From: Bacillota bacterium
GTDB lineage: Bacteria > Bacillota > DTU025
Assembly: GCA_050951805.1 (NCBI GenBank)
Contig: JBMNJT010000002.1
Coordinates: 1,312,001 to 1,376,000, forward strand
Reading direction: 5' to 3'
Length of the DNA: 64,000 nucleotides
Shown here: in pieces, positions 1 through 10,257 of the stretch
Position numbering within the stretch: position 1 is the stretch's first letter
Layout of the letters: each line of letters starts with the position of its first letter
The notes under the pieces: generated by a model
Seen by the model: only the letters and a program-made list of their open reading frames with translations
Told to the model about the DNA's origin: nothing
The model's database searches: none
Program-made: the position numbers and the translations under genes

Positions 1-243
1 CTGATTGCTCAAACGGTCCCTCCCCAACACCCACACAACGAAGTGAGTACCACCGCTTCCAAGTCCGAGGTCGACCGCAGTGGTGTTCACGATCACCTCA
101 TCGCCTGGCTGTGCACTGCCTGTGATTTTAGGGTAACATATTGCCCGAACTGTACATCCATTTTCGGCCAGCTTTACCGAAAGCTCTTGTAGATCAGGAA
201 ACTCGGAAACGACGTCCACGACCTCGGCAACCTGTGCGTTCAT
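1..243 (-). CDS. DUF3866 family protein (N-terminal part, runs off window)
   Basis: Manual translation MNAQVAEVVDVVSEFPDLQELSV...YPKITGSAQPGDEVIVNTTAVDLGLGSGGTHFVV matches the DUF3866 N-terminus; G-rich RBS upstream; not in the ORF track. Confidence 0.8.
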   Translation of the reverse strand, partial: MNAQVAEVVDVVSEFPDLQELSVKLAENGCTVRAICYPKITGSAQPGDEVIVNTTAVDLGLGSGGTHFVVWVLGRDRLSNQ

Positions 244-671
244 CAACTCCCCCACCTCCACAAAGTAGCTTCCCCCTAGCGGCAAACGGTCACACAGGAC
301 ATGGTGCTCCATGCGACAGCTGCGCGGTGGTTAGTGCCTAGCATCCGCAGAGCGCCGTTGGATGTATCCAATCACGAATTTGCCCCCAGGGACTGACGGC
401 GGAAAAAGTCTGGGGGGCTGTATTTCGTGATGCTCGGCATGCCGATCCAAGCGATTCCTATGGGCACGCAACGTGGAAGTGAAGACATTGCTCAGGCGAT
501 TTGCTTGCCCTCGGAAATGACAGTTGGCAGCAGAAGTAGCCGACCTGCAGCATCATGATGATTTACGTGTTTACCAAGGTCATGCCGAGAAACTCGCCTA
601 CGCCTGCAGTTTCAGCCCGAGGTTGCGTACTTAGAGATCCAGTGTAGAACACGAATTTCCACCACAACATA

Positions 672-708
672 GCCGCCTTCCGGGCCGATCATCGGCTCAG
701 AAGGCGGC
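672..708 (-). terminator. Hairpin downstream of rimO, likely terminator
   Basis: gccgccttc...gaaggcggc stem with inner gggccgat/atcggctc; U-tract weak. Confidence 0.5.
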
Positions 709-745
709 GCATTCTCACCTGATCTTCTATTGGCAGACCGCGCCC

Positions 746-2074
746 TTACACCAATACCGCCGCCAGGTCATAGTCGCTTGCGTCTTCAATTATCACATCA
801 ACAAGTTGACCCGGCCGCAATGTTGCATCGCCTATGTATATCTTGCCATCTACATCCGGCGCTTCCGCGAAAGACCGAGCTTCCACAACGAGGTCAGACT
901 CGTCAGACGGCCCATCCACGATCACCCGAACCTTACTGCCCACTCTAGAAAGGCCGTATTCTCGGGAGATTCGCCTCAAGGCCTCCATTGCAGCATCCCT
1001 GCGCGCCTCAGCCACGTCATCGGGAACCTGCTCAGGCATGTCGTAGGCCCGAGTGCCCTCTTCACGGGAGAACTTAAATACTCCAGCTCGCTCAGGCCTA
1101 ATTATCTTTATGAAGTCCAGTAGTTCCTCGAAATCTCTATCTGTCTCTCCGGGAAACCCCACGATGAGCGAGGTGCGTATGACGATTCCGGGCACCTGCT
1201 CCCTCAGGCGCGCAACCACTTCGATCATCTGATCGCGCGAGGCGTGTCGGTTCATGGCCCGAAGCAACCTATCTGAACCATGCTGCATCGGCAGGTCTAT
1301 GTATTTCACGATGTTTGGCGTTGACGCCATGACCTCGACAAGCTCATCGTCTATTCTGGAAGGATACGCGTACATCACCCTTATCCATTCAAGCCCCTCT
1401 ACGCGAGCGAGCTTTCGCAAGAGTTTTGCCAACGATGGCACGCCGTACAGATCCACTCCATACACGGTCGTGTCCTGGGCTATAACGATGGCTTCCCGCA
1501 TGCCGTCGGCAACTAGTTTTTCCGCCTCCCCCACTACCGCCTCTAGAGGGCGGCTCTGCACCCCACCCCGAATTGACGGGATGATGCAGTATGCACACCT
1601 GTTCGCACACCCTTCGCCGATCTTCAGGTACGCATAATGAGCAGGCGTAGTCACCACTCGAGGAGCGTCCGCCGGCTGCAGGTACCCTGGATCATCAAGA
1701 AAAGCGGGACGTCTGCCGGCAACGGCATCCTCAACAGCTTCTACGCATCGACCGAACTGTCCGGTGCCGATGATGCCATCGATCTCGGGAATCTCCCGCA
1801 TCAGTTCCACGCCGTATCTCTGTGGCAGACAGCCTGTGACAAGGAGAGCCTGCAACCTCCCATCCGCCCTTAGATCTGCATAATCCAAGATAGCATCGAC
1901 GGATTCCTGGGCTGCATCAGCAATGAAGCTGCACGTGTTTACGAGGATAACATCTGCAAGATGTTCGTCTGACACAATCTCCATTCCGGCGTCGCGAAGA
2001 AGCCCCATCATTATTTCGGTATCTACAAGATTCTTTGAACATCCAAGTGAGCAAAACGCGATCTTCGTTCCTAA
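746..2074 (-). CDS. rimO: Ribosomal protein S12 methylthiotransferase
   Basis: SLGCSKNLVD upstream of the ORF-track ATG, NTCSFI, radical SAM CANRCAYC, C-terminal TRAM (APDVDG); start codon uncertain (non-canonical). Confidence 0.95.
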   Translation of the reverse strand, partial: LGTKIAFCSLGCSKNLVDTEIMMGLLRDAGMEIVSDEHLADVILVNTCSFIADAAQESVDAILDYADLRADGRLQALLVTGCLPQRYGVELMREIPEIDGIIGTGQFGRCVEAVEDAVAGRRPAFLDDPGYLQPADAPRVVTTPAHYAYLKIGEGCANRCAYCIIPSIRGGVQSRPLEAVVGEAEKLVADGMREAIVIAQDTTVYGVDLYGVPSLAKLLRKLARVEGLEWIRVMYAYPSRIDDELVEVMASTPNIVKYIDLPMQHGSDRLLRAMNRHASRDQMIEVVARLREQVPGIVIRTSLIVGFPGETDRDFEELLDFIKIIRPERAGVFKFSREEGTRAYDMPEQVPDDVAEARRDAAMEALRRISREYGLSRVGSKVRVIVDGPSDESDLVVEARSFAEAPDVDGKIYIGDATLRPGQLVDVIIEDASDYDLAAVLV

Positions 2075-2116
2075 GTCACCAACCTTCGACAGATCAATGC
2101 TTCTTTGTGCAAAAGA

Positions 2117-2902
2117 TTATTTTCCTGCAATCGATTTCAGTTCTGCACGGGCCGCATCCTGATCCTTCCGAAATCCCTCCGGATCTCCCGGATCGGGCGC
2201 CATGGCGATCAGCCTGTTCAAAACGGCTCTGGCCTCATCATATTGCTTCGTCGCTATCAGGGCCCGTCCAAGAATGAGATGATGGCAGGACTCGCTTGGG
2301 TCGTATTTCACTGCCAATTTCGCCTCTTCAACAGCCTTCTGCTTATTGCCTATGGAAAGCGGAGGCCCAGGAAGCTGCAGATACAGCTCTGCCATGAGGT
2401 AATGGCAGCTTGCATGCTTCGGATCAATTTCCAACCCCTTATCCAATGCGTCCTTCGTAGGTTTTACCGAGGCAAGACTTTGCAAAATCCCCCTTATCTG
2501 TCCTTCCTGCGCAATCGAAGCTGCAAGCCAGTAATACGCGTTCGCATTCCTCGGATTGGCTTCTGTTGCCTCTTGGGCATAGGCTCGCCCCTGAGCTAGC
2601 AAGTCGAGCCTTGCCTTCTTGTCCTTTTCAGGAAGCCGCGTAGACTTGAACCAATACGCCCGTGACAACCGCCACAGAATCTCGCAATCTCCCGGTGTAG
2701 CCTTGTTGGCTTGTTCCAATCCCGCAATGATGGCATCAGCGTTTCCAGGCTCGGATCTCCTCGAGTAGAGCTGATCAGCAACTTCAATCGCCCCACGCGC
2801 CAATGTTGCATCAGCACCTGAAAGACCGACCATAGCCATACAGACGATCGCAAGGTAACATACGACTAGGACAAGCCTGTGAATGCGGTTTTGGTCCTTC
2901 AC
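2117..2902 (-). CDS. Secreted/membrane-anchored TPR protein
   Basis: N-terminal hydrophobic segment followed by helical repeats (NANAYYWLA, HASCHYLMA, HLILGRAL); start moved to GTG after GGGGG RBS. Confidence 0.75.
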   Translation of the reverse strand: MKDQNRIHRLVLVVCYLAIVCMAMVGLSGADATLARGAIEVADQLYSRRSEPGNADAIIAGLEQANKATPGDCEILWRLSRAYWFKSTRLPEKDKKARLDLLAQGRAYAQEATEANPRNANAYYWLAASIAQEGQIRGILQSLASVKPTKDALDKGLEIDPKHASCHYLMAELYLQLPGPPLSIGNKQKAVEEAKLAVKYDPSESCHHLILGRALIATKQYDEARAVLNRLIAMAPDPGDPEGFRKDQDAARAELKSIAGK

Positions 2903-2940
2903 GTCAACATTACACCCCCTGGTTTCGTAGTATTGTGAGA

Positions 2941-3210
2941 TCAGAATCGGCCCATGAGAAGAAGGACGCCTAGTATTATGAAGGCAGATCCGGCCCCTAT
3001 CCTCACCCACATGGCTGGAACATACTTGCCTATGAATCCTCCCGCAAGCACTCCGACAAGAGAGGAAACTACAAGGGCCGATGCTGAACCCAGAAAAACT
3101 GCCCAAGGCGACTTGCCTTCGGCAACCAACATCATGGTGGCCAGCTGAGTCTTGTCGCCCAACTCGGCCAGGAATACAGTGACAAATGTCGTCAACGCGA
3201 CTTTAACCAC
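2941..3210 (-). CDS. TMEM165/GDT1 (UPF0016) family Mn/Ca transporter, half-size
   Basis: Signature FLAELGDKTQL, three TM helices. Confidence 0.92.
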   Translation of the reverse strand: MVKVALTTFVTVFLAELGDKTQLATMMLVAEGKSPWAVFLGSASALVVSSLVGVLAGGFIGKYVPAMWVRIGAGSAFIILGVLLLMGRF

Positions 3211-4097
3211 AACACCATCTCCTGCTGTTTAAGCCCTATGTCGAATCCCCTTCCCCGCAATACACGTCCTTGGTACCCGTGGACGGGAATATTGTGTGCG
3301 CGCGCCGTCGGCCTTGGCATTTGTTTGTCAATGGCTTCCAGAAGAACTTCACATGCTTTCTGCCTTGTTCCTTCGTCAAGTGAAGGCGTCGCGGCGAAAT
3401 CCACTATGTAGAGCCCCTCGACGGTATCGACATACAGAGCATAGGCGATTTTTTCGGAGTCTGCTCGTGCAACGAGCGCTGACAATGTGCTGCAGAACTT
3501 CGCCAGACCCGTTGGCTCGTTCTGCCAACACGGCCGTATCTCGTTAAACTCCATCACGAGTGGCAGGGCCTGAAATGAAGCCACATGGTTTAAAGTGAAA
3601 CCTTTTGGGTTCCATCTCCCAGCGCCCTTTCTGCGAGGCATTTGATTTCTTTCCCATATTCCCAGATCCCTAATGGGCACGAACCCTAGCTTGGTGTAGA
3701 GGCCTATGGCTCTGAAGTTCCGATCCACAACTTCCAGCTGTAGCGAGTTGAGACCGAGTGTCTCCGCTTCTTTCAATACTCGCCTCATGAGAAGTTCTCC
3801 GACGCCGCGTCCCTGGTAGGCTATGCGGACTCCCATTCCGCAGATATAGCCCCGTTTTCCCCGTACTCCAAGAAACACGACTCCAACGGGACGGGATCCG
3901 TAAAGAGCCACAAATGAGTGGTGCATGTATATGTCCTCACGGTCAACCAACTTGATCAGGCGCTCAGGCGTGACCACAGTCGAAACGTAATACTGGCTGT
4001 AGGCATCATTGAACAGGTCAACAAGGGAGTCCATGTCAATGTTTGCCGCCTCAGTCAACAAGTAGTCCACGCCCTTCACATGCGCTGGCTCAATCAC
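3192..4097 (-). CDS. GNAT family N-acetyltransferase
   Basis: Motif A YQGRGVGELL and LEV..N..AIGLYTKLGF; degenerate second GNAT half. Confidence 0.88.
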   Translation of the reverse strand: MIEPAHVKGVDYLLTEAANIDMDSLVDLFNDAYSQYYVSTVVTPERLIKLVDREDIYMHHSFVALYGSRPVGVVFLGVRGKRGYICGMGVRIAYQGRGVGELLMRRVLKEAETLGLNSLQLEVVDRNFRAIGLYTKLGFVPIRDLGIWERNQMPRRKGAGRWNPKGFTLNHVASFQALPLVMEFNEIRPCWQNEPTGLAKFCSTLSALVARADSEKIAYALYVDTVEGLYIVDFAATPSLDEGTRQKACEVLLEAIDKQMPRPTARAHNIPVHGYQGRVLRGRGFDIGLKQQEMVLWLKSR

Positions 4098-6277
4098 AAT
4101 TCATCACCTGCCGCGCTCATAAGGCTTATGGCATCACACACTAGGCGGCCCAGCCCGGGCCAATCACACACATCAGGCTGCCTCTCAGCATCCTGACAGG
4201 CAGCGTCGAGGCGCGCAAGGACACTGCCGAGCGCATAGCAACGATCGGGATCACCCAAGGGATCGAAACACATGAAGGCCAAAGCCATCAGAAACATATC
4301 CCCGGCGATAGGCTTTGGGCTGCCATCGATCACCTTCGAAGCAAGACGATCCAAGCCCCCCAACACGCGATCAGGAGGGATGCACTCAGGCGCCAACTTC
4401 ACTGCCCGTTCTGCGAATGCGGGCGAGATTTTTCTGCGTCTTTTCCCCCTTACTTCAGTCGCTCTGAGGACCGCCGGACGAAGCCTGTAGTCTGCCAAAG
4501 CTTCATCGAACCGACATTCGGCTTCTGTCTGCACTGCCTTCCGGATCAGGAAACTGATAAGCTGTGCCTGCTCGGGCGCTGGAACACTCGGGCGGGCCGA
4601 GCGAAGCAGATAGTCAGCAGCCGCCAGCGCCTGTGCCGACTCTGGACTGAAGCACAAATCCTGCGGCCGGTCCGGGCCGAACAGACCGCCATCCTCAGAC
4701 TGCTCAGGCTTGTCTTCCACATTGCGCAAGGCTTTGGCAACACAACCTTCTACTTCATCATCCCAGCGCTCAAGCCGTTGTCGGATCTTCTCCAGCTGCG
4801 ATCCTTCAGCCGCTGGCGAATGCCCCGACAGGTTGTTCAGGCCGTGCGCGATATCCTCCAGAATCTGAGCAACCAGGCCGAGCAGAGCTGTTGCATGTGC
4901 GCGCTCCCGATCCCTTATAACCCAAATCAGTTCCCAAGCGGACTGCCGGGGTTGAGAAGACCTTAACATCCTCGCTATTGAACCCGCATCAAGGCTGCTC
5001 TCTGTCTGAGAGCCTCCATAGGCACAGGTGGAACTGAGCCGAGAAAGTGAACCCTCACACGCCTCAGGTGATTTCTCCGTCATGGGGAGTCCAACTTCGA
5101 TGAAAAACTCGCCCTCCGCCCATCGGGTCGATATGGGTCTGCCCTCAGCGTGGGCCAGCATCACGGCGCGGCTAATCTCCTCAGGAGGCCTCTGCCTTGA
5201 GGCCGACTTGCCAAGACTTTCCATTATATGGGGACCAACACTCTCCTTGGCCGATGCCAGGATCTGGTCCCAGCAATCTCCATCCGTCAGTATCCAACTG
5301 GTGGAACCTCCACATTCACCAGGGGCTCCGGTGGCGCCGCAGCCACCCGCAGGCCTTTCAGCAAGATGATACGCCTCTCCGATTGTCCGAACAACCTCAT
5401 TGGCACGGGCAACTAAAGAACTCAGTTCTTTCTGGATTAACCCGCGGGATGCATCATCTGGGCATGACTCCAGATCCCAAAGGACACTTTCGATTCCATC
5501 AAGAAAGCCTTCGATTTCCGATCGGGCGCCAGCCAACCCCAGAGCAACATCTGCATCATCCTGGACGGCCCTTTCCCATGCCTCTTCTGCCGCCGCGCCG
5601 ATCAGCTCCCATCCCGCAAGATCTCCTCGGCGTGCCACGTCAAAGATGCATTCCGCTAGATCCTCGACTGAACACGCGTCGATCATGTCGCCTACCGCGT
5701 GCGAAGCCTGTGTGACATCGGGTTCACGGACCGGCATCGCCAGGAATGCGCGTCGTGGCTCCCCCGCTGCCATGGCAGCAGCCACCATCCATTCTGAAAC
5801 CATTGTTCCCGCCTCTCCGGGCCCGCAATAAGGGCTTAACCGAGCCATAGCCCGCTTTGGGCGGCCTGCCGCCATCAACAAACGAGCTTCCAGAATTGCC
5901 CGCTCAATGCAGGCGTTTTCCGACGAGGAGAGAACAGTGGCAATGCACGCGGCCGTCTCTATCATGCCCCGCTCTATGCACTTCGCAGCACGCCTTGCGA
6001 TTTCGTCAGATGGCCCACGTTCGATCAGAGCTTTCACGCCCAGCGAAGAAAATGCCTTTGGCGGCAGCTCGATGAGAACCTCCTGAACCCTCGTCCATTG
6101 CCTTCCAATAGATTCATTCACTTTGGCTGAGATGCTTGGAGGCGCGTCAGAATCGATGTAGGCAAAGAGCCTATCGAGAGCTTTGGGACCGCGGCGAACC
6201 AGTTCGAAGAGGGTCTCATCAAAACGGCCGCCTTCGAGCCTGGCCAAATCGGACAAGAGTTCCTGCACACTCCTCAA
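4094..6277 (-). CDS. Hypothetical all-helical protein (727 aa)
   Basis: Long ORF, 4-bp overlap with the downstream GNAT gene, RBS GAAGG; no family recognised. Confidence 0.75.
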   Translation of the reverse strand: MRSVQELLSDLARLEGGRFDETLFELVRRGPKALDRLFAYIDSDAPPSISAKVNESIGRQWTRVQEVLIELPPKAFSSLGVKALIERGPSDEIARRAAKCIERGMIETAACIATVLSSSENACIERAILEARLLMAAGRPKRAMARLSPYCGPGEAGTMVSEWMVAAAMAAGEPRRAFLAMPVREPDVTQASHAVGDMIDACSVEDLAECIFDVARRGDLAGWELIGAAAEEAWERAVQDDADVALGLAGARSEIEGFLDGIESVLWDLESCPDDASRGLIQKELSSLVARANEVVRTIGEAYHLAERPAGGCGATGAPGECGGSTSWILTDGDCWDQILASAKESVGPHIMESLGKSASRQRPPEEISRAVMLAHAEGRPISTRWAEGEFFIEVGLPMTEKSPEACEGSLSRLSSTCAYGGSQTESSLDAGSIARMLRSSQPRQSAWELIWVIRDRERAHATALLGLVAQILEDIAHGLNNLSGHSPAAEGSQLEKIRQRLERWDDEVEGCVAKALRNVEDKPEQSEDGGLFGPDRPQDLCFSPESAQALAAADYLLRSARPSVPAPEQAQLISFLIRKAVQTEAECRFDEALADYRLRPAVLRATEVRGKRRRKISPAFAERAVKLAPECIPPDRVLGGLDRLASKVIDGSPKPIAGDMFLMALAFMCFDPLGDPDRCYALGSVLARLDAACQDAERQPDVCDWPGLGRLVCDAISLMSAAGDEL

Positions 6278-6296
6278 TTTCCTTCATCCCTCCAAG

Positions 6297-6758
6297 CTAT
6301 GGCAGCCATGTCGGTTTCCACGTCACAAACCCGAATGCACGTGCCGCATAATAGATACCTGCCACAGCCGCCACCCCTATGGCAGCTGTAACCAAGCCGC
6401 GAAGAATCGTTTTCGCCCGGCGGCTCCTCGCCTCCTCCTTGCTCTTTTGCAGCCGGTCCAGGCGCTCTTCTTCCAGCTGCTTTAGTGCGGCTGTTTCCTT
6501 GAGGAGGCAAAGCTCATTGTATCTCGCCACTACCTGCCCGCCGTCGAGCCCCACGCAATCCGCGTAATTGCGCATAAAACCCTTGAGGTATACTTCACCC
6601 GGTATGACCGCAAAGTCTCCCTGCTCTATGGCCTCCAAGTACTTCGACCTAATCTTGGTCGCCTCGCTCACTTCTTCCAGGCTCATGCCACTGGCCTCGC
6701 GTGCCTCCCTAAGGAGCACACCGATTTCGTTCAACGGCAACACCCCCGCGCCCCTCAT
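6297..6758 (-). CDS. rodZ: RodZ-like helix-turn-helix membrane protein (short form)
   Basis: IGVLLREAREASGMSLEEVSEATKIRSKYLEAIEQG...YLKGFMRNYA plus one TM; follows ftsK; lacks the extracellular domain. Confidence 0.8.
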   Translation of the reverse strand: MRGAGVLPLNEIGVLLREAREASGMSLEEVSEATKIRSKYLEAIEQGDFAVIPGEVYLKGFMRNYADCVGLDGGQVVARYNELCLLKETAALKQLEEERLDRLQKSKEEARSRRAKTILRGLVTAAIGVAAVAGIYYAARAFGFVTWKPTWLP

Positions 6759-9397
6759 ACTAACCCGCGATTGCCGAGCGCATCTTCAAGATCCTCCTCG
6801 GTGATGAGGACTTTCCGCGGCTTGCTTCCCTCATAGGGTCCGACAATGCCGAGCACTTCCATGGTATCTATCAGCCTTGCCGCCCTTGCATAACCCACTC
6901 TGAACCGACGTTGTATCTTCGATATAGACGCCTCTCCTGAACTGACGACGAGCCTGACGGCTTCGGGGAAAAGCTCGTCGTCTTCAGCGATGCCTTCCCC
7001 CACGCTGCCGGTAGTTTCCACAGCTTTGGCCTCATAAATAGGCTTTCCCTGTTGTTTCAAGTATCTGACCAGGCTTGCCACCTCTTCGTCGGAAATATAG
7101 GCGCCCTGCACCCGTATGGGCTTTGGCAGTCCCACAGGATGAAACAGCATATCGCCTTTTCCCAACAGATGCTCCGCGCCTGAAGAATCTAAGATGATCC
7201 TGGAGTCCACCTGCGAGGAAACGGCAAATGCTATTCTCGACGGTATGTTCGACTTTATAATTCCGGTCACAATGTCAACTGAAGGCCTCTGCGTCGCAAT
7301 AATCAGATGAATTCCGGCAGCCCGCGCCATGAAAGCCAATCGAGCAATAGCGTCTTCCACTTCACGCTGGGCAACGAGCATCAAATCAGCAAGCTCGTCT
7401 ATGATCACGACGATGTACGAGAGAGGCTTCAGCCGTGGCCCCGCAGCCTTTCCTTTGTTGGCTTCAGTGGAGACATCTGAACCGCCTTGCGCGTCCGCCT
7501 CTGATCCCTCGATATTTCTGTCTGTGCCGACGTCAGATCCAGCGATATTGGCGTCTGCATCGATATACTCGTCTGCAATTCCCAGACGTACCATCTCGTT
7601 GTACTGGCCAATATTCCGCGCTCCGGCTATTTGGAAGAGGCGGTACCTGTTCTCCATTTCCTCCACCACCCATCTGAGGTAGCCCGAAGCCTTCTTCGCA
7701 TCTGTCACCACCGGAGCTAAGAGATGCGGAATCCCGTCGTACATAGAAAGCTCCACTCTCTTGGGATCAATAAGAAGAAACCTGACCTCATCCGGGGTTG
7801 CTTTAAACAGCAGGCTGCATATGATCGAATTCAGGCATACGCTCTTGCCAGAACCAGTGGCCCCCGCAACCAAGAGGTGTAGGAGATCGGCCATATCAGC
7901 CACTATTGGCTTTCCAGCAATATCCTTGCCCACTGCAAAGGTGAGGCGGGATTCCGCCTTTTGGAATTCGTCCGACTCTATTACTTCACGCAAGTATATT
8001 ACAGACCTGTTTTTGCTCGGAACCTCGATGCCCACAGCGGCCTTGCCCGGTATCGGAGCTTCTATTCTGACACCTGCCGAGGCAAAGGCCAATGACAGGT
8101 CATCAGCGAGGTTAACGATTTTCGATACCTTGACACCGGGACCTGGTTGGACTTCAAAACGCGTGACAACCGGCCCGGCGCTGATTCCGACTACAGAAGC
8201 TTCCACGCCAAAGCTGGCAAGAGTAGACTCCAGCAGTTCGGCCATGGCATGCGGATCCTCCACTTCTTTGCGCGCACGACGCTTTGGCAACGCCTTGAGA
8301 ATGCTCGTCGGAGGCAAATCGGAAGCAAGTCCATAGTTTATCAGCTCTAGCTGCTCCATTTCATCATGCAAGGACCCGATCGACTGCGATTTTGTGCCCT
8401 GAGCAGATTGCCTCGGCCGTGTCTTCGAAGGCGCGACACTTACCTCGTTGGCACCCACACTCAACTCACCTCTGGAAGGCTCGGGCAGATCCTCTTGAGG
8501 CTCCATTCGTTCCACGATGCCTGCATCAGGCTCTGATGTCTGGAAGAACTCCTTGAGTCTATCTAGACCCCGTTCTTGAGAATGGGCTCCAATCTCCGGC
8601 TCCGGCGCGGTCTTTGCCCGCCTGTTAGCTTCGAGGCAATCGCCTTCTCGGAACTGAACAGCCAGGTCGGCCCTATCAACGGCAGATTCATCCTCCGGAT
8701 ACGGGGGAGCAACCTCGAACAGCTGAAGCACTATTGCGTCATAGCTTTCTCTGATCATGCTTATGAGAAATGACAAGCCTGTCCATATCGATTTCGCGCC
8801 AAAGGTAACAGCAGTTGCAACAGGAACATCTGAAGCAATGGAAAGCCCTGCGATTCCAAGGGCTATTGAGATAATCACCGAACCCACAAATCCAAAAAGC
8901 CTGAGAAATACCCAGGCACCGGCAGCGCCCACAAGCCCTCCTCCTACGTCTGAACGTGAATCGGCGACGTATTGGGAAAAAGGAAGCCTGAGAGCAGTCT
9001 CCCCGAAATCGTTGAGCTCGAAGCCTATTACAACGGCAATGCACACGATCACGAGCCCTACAAACCGGACGAAGACGACATGTCCGGTCCGACGCCAGAG
9101 CATGAGAATTCCAGTAAGCGCCATCAAGGCCGGGACTGCGTATGCCCCGCGCCCGAACGCTGATATCATCAGATTGGCTAGTGCCCCACCTACGTAACCC
9201 GAAGGGCCCTGAATAAGAGAAATAAAGCCAAGAGCGGCCCCTGCTACCAAGAATATGCCGCCAATCTCCGAGCCCAGCTCGCCGCCGAGGGCATAGTCCT
9301 GCGAAGCGGCCGATTCCTTCGCATGCTTAGGCTTTGCACGCACTGGCTTCGAGCGTTTCTTTGTTCGGGTAGGTTGGCTTCCCTGTCGTGCTGCCAC
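6755..9397 (-). CDS. ftsK: FtsK/SpoIIIE DNA translocase
   Basis: N-terminal TMs, Walker A GATGSGKS, IIDELADLM, ARAAGIHLIIATQRPS, gamma domain IQRRFRVGYARAARLID. Confidence 0.97.
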   Translation of the reverse strand: MAARQGSQPTRTKKRSKPVRAKPKHAKESAASQDYALGGELGSEIGGIFLVAGAALGFISLIQGPSGYVGGALANLMISAFGRGAYAVPALMALTGILMLWRRTGHVVFVRFVGLVIVCIAVVIGFELNDFGETALRLPFSQYVADSRSDVGGGLVGAAGAWVFLRLFGFVGSVIISIALGIAGLSIASDVPVATAVTFGAKSIWTGLSFLISMIRESYDAIVLQLFEVAPPYPEDESAVDRADLAVQFREGDCLEANRRAKTAPEPEIGAHSQERGLDRLKEFFQTSEPDAGIVERMEPQEDLPEPSRGELSVGANEVSVAPSKTRPRQSAQGTKSQSIGSLHDEMEQLELINYGLASDLPPTSILKALPKRRARKEVEDPHAMAELLESTLASFGVEASVVGISAGPVVTRFEVQPGPGVKVSKIVNLADDLSLAFASAGVRIEAPIPGKAAVGIEVPSKNRSVIYLREVIESDEFQKAESRLTFAVGKDIAGKPIVADMADLLHLLVAGATGSGKSVCLNSIICSLLFKATPDEVRFLLIDPKRVELSMYDGIPHLLAPVVTDAKKASGYLRWVVEEMENRYRLFQIAGARNIGQYNEMVRLGIADEYIDADANIAGSDVGTDRNIEGSEADAQGGSDVSTEANKGKAAGPRLKPLSYIVVIIDELADLMLVAQREVEDAIARLAFMARAAGIHLIIATQRPSVDIVTGIIKSNIPSRIAFAVSSQVDSRIILDSSGAEHLLGKGDMLFHPVGLPKPIRVQGAYISDEEVASLVRYLKQQGKPIYEAKAVETTGSVGEGIAEDDELFPEAVRLVVSSGEASISKIQRRFRVGYARAARLIDTMEVLGIVGPYEGSKPRKVLITEEDLEDALGNRGLV

Positions 9398-9429
9398 ACC
9401 TCTTCACCACCGTAAGCACACAATTCTAC

Positions 9430-10257
9430 TTACAGTCCCAACAATCCTCTAGCATGCAAAAGGATGGTGATGATCCCAATCGCCCAGAGGTAGTATGAGA
9501 AGTATGTCAGCTTTCCCCTGACGACCACGCGTCTCAGAAAGATCATGGCAGCGAGTCCTGATACGAAAGAGGCTGCTACAGCCAAAAGAAGAGTTCCAAG
9601 CTGGACTTCGGCCAAAGCTCCGGGGTTTGCCACAGGCCAGAGTATAAGGCTGCCCACAATCACCGGCAAAGACGCGATAAACGAGTATGACGTTGCAAAT
9701 CCTCTTTCGAATTTGAGGGCGAGCGCGGACGAGATGGTCAGGCCTGACCGTGAAACCCCGGGGAAGATCGCGCACGCCTGTGCGACGCCCACGCCAAGAG
9801 CTTGCTTGTAACCGATATTGCCCTCGTTTATGCTCTCCTGTTTCCGTTGCTTTTGCCGCGACGATATGCAGTCGGCGCACCATAGGACGACTCCCGAGAT
9901 AAGGAATCCGATTCCAGCAAAGAGAGGCGAACCGAACGCGTGCTCCACGGCGTCAGACGCGGCGAAACCGACCAAGGCCGCCGGGATACTAGTGAGGATC
10001 AAACATATGGCCATCTTGGCACTACCGTCGCGCTTCGCTATTCCGCGGAAAAACCCCATAATGATCTCCCATACCTCGCCGCTGTACAAAACTAGAACGG
10101 AAAGTGCAGTCCCAGCATGAACGCCCAGTGCTACCGTCATGTTGGGTTCAAGACCCATTAGCGCTTGGGCTACGACGAGATGCCCGGAACTTGATACAGG
10201 AAGAAACTCAGTGAGACCTTGGACTATTCCCAGCAACAACCCTTGGATGACGCTCAA
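9430..10257 (-). CDS. uppP: Undecaprenyl-diphosphate phosphatase
   Basis: QGLTEFLPVSSSGHL and PGVSRSG motifs. Confidence 0.96.
   Translation of the reverse strand: MSVIQGLLLGIVQGLTEFLPVSSSGHLVVAQALMGLEPNMTVALGVHAGTALSVLVLYSGEVWEIIMGFFRGIAKRDGSAKMAICLILTSIPAALVGFAASDAVEHAFGSPLFAGIGFLISGVVLWCADCISSRQKQRKQESINEGNIGYKQALGVGVAQACAIFPGVSRSGLTISSALALKFERGFATSYSFIASLPVIVGSLILWPVANPGALAEVQLGTLLLAVAASFVSGLAAMIFLRRVVVRGKLTYFSYYLWAIGIITILLHARGLLGL

Noticed and set aside
746-2902. Stop-codon readthrough fusing the TPR protein to RimO (same frame)
   Set aside because: The stop is TAA and the TPR protein is exported whereas RimO is cytoplasmic; a non-canonical start is simpler
7435-7590. Acidic ~50-aa insert in the FtsK ATPase domain (possible intein)
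   Set aside because: No Cys/Ser...His-Asn splice motifs; low-complexity GSDV-like repeats in a loop that varies in FtsK
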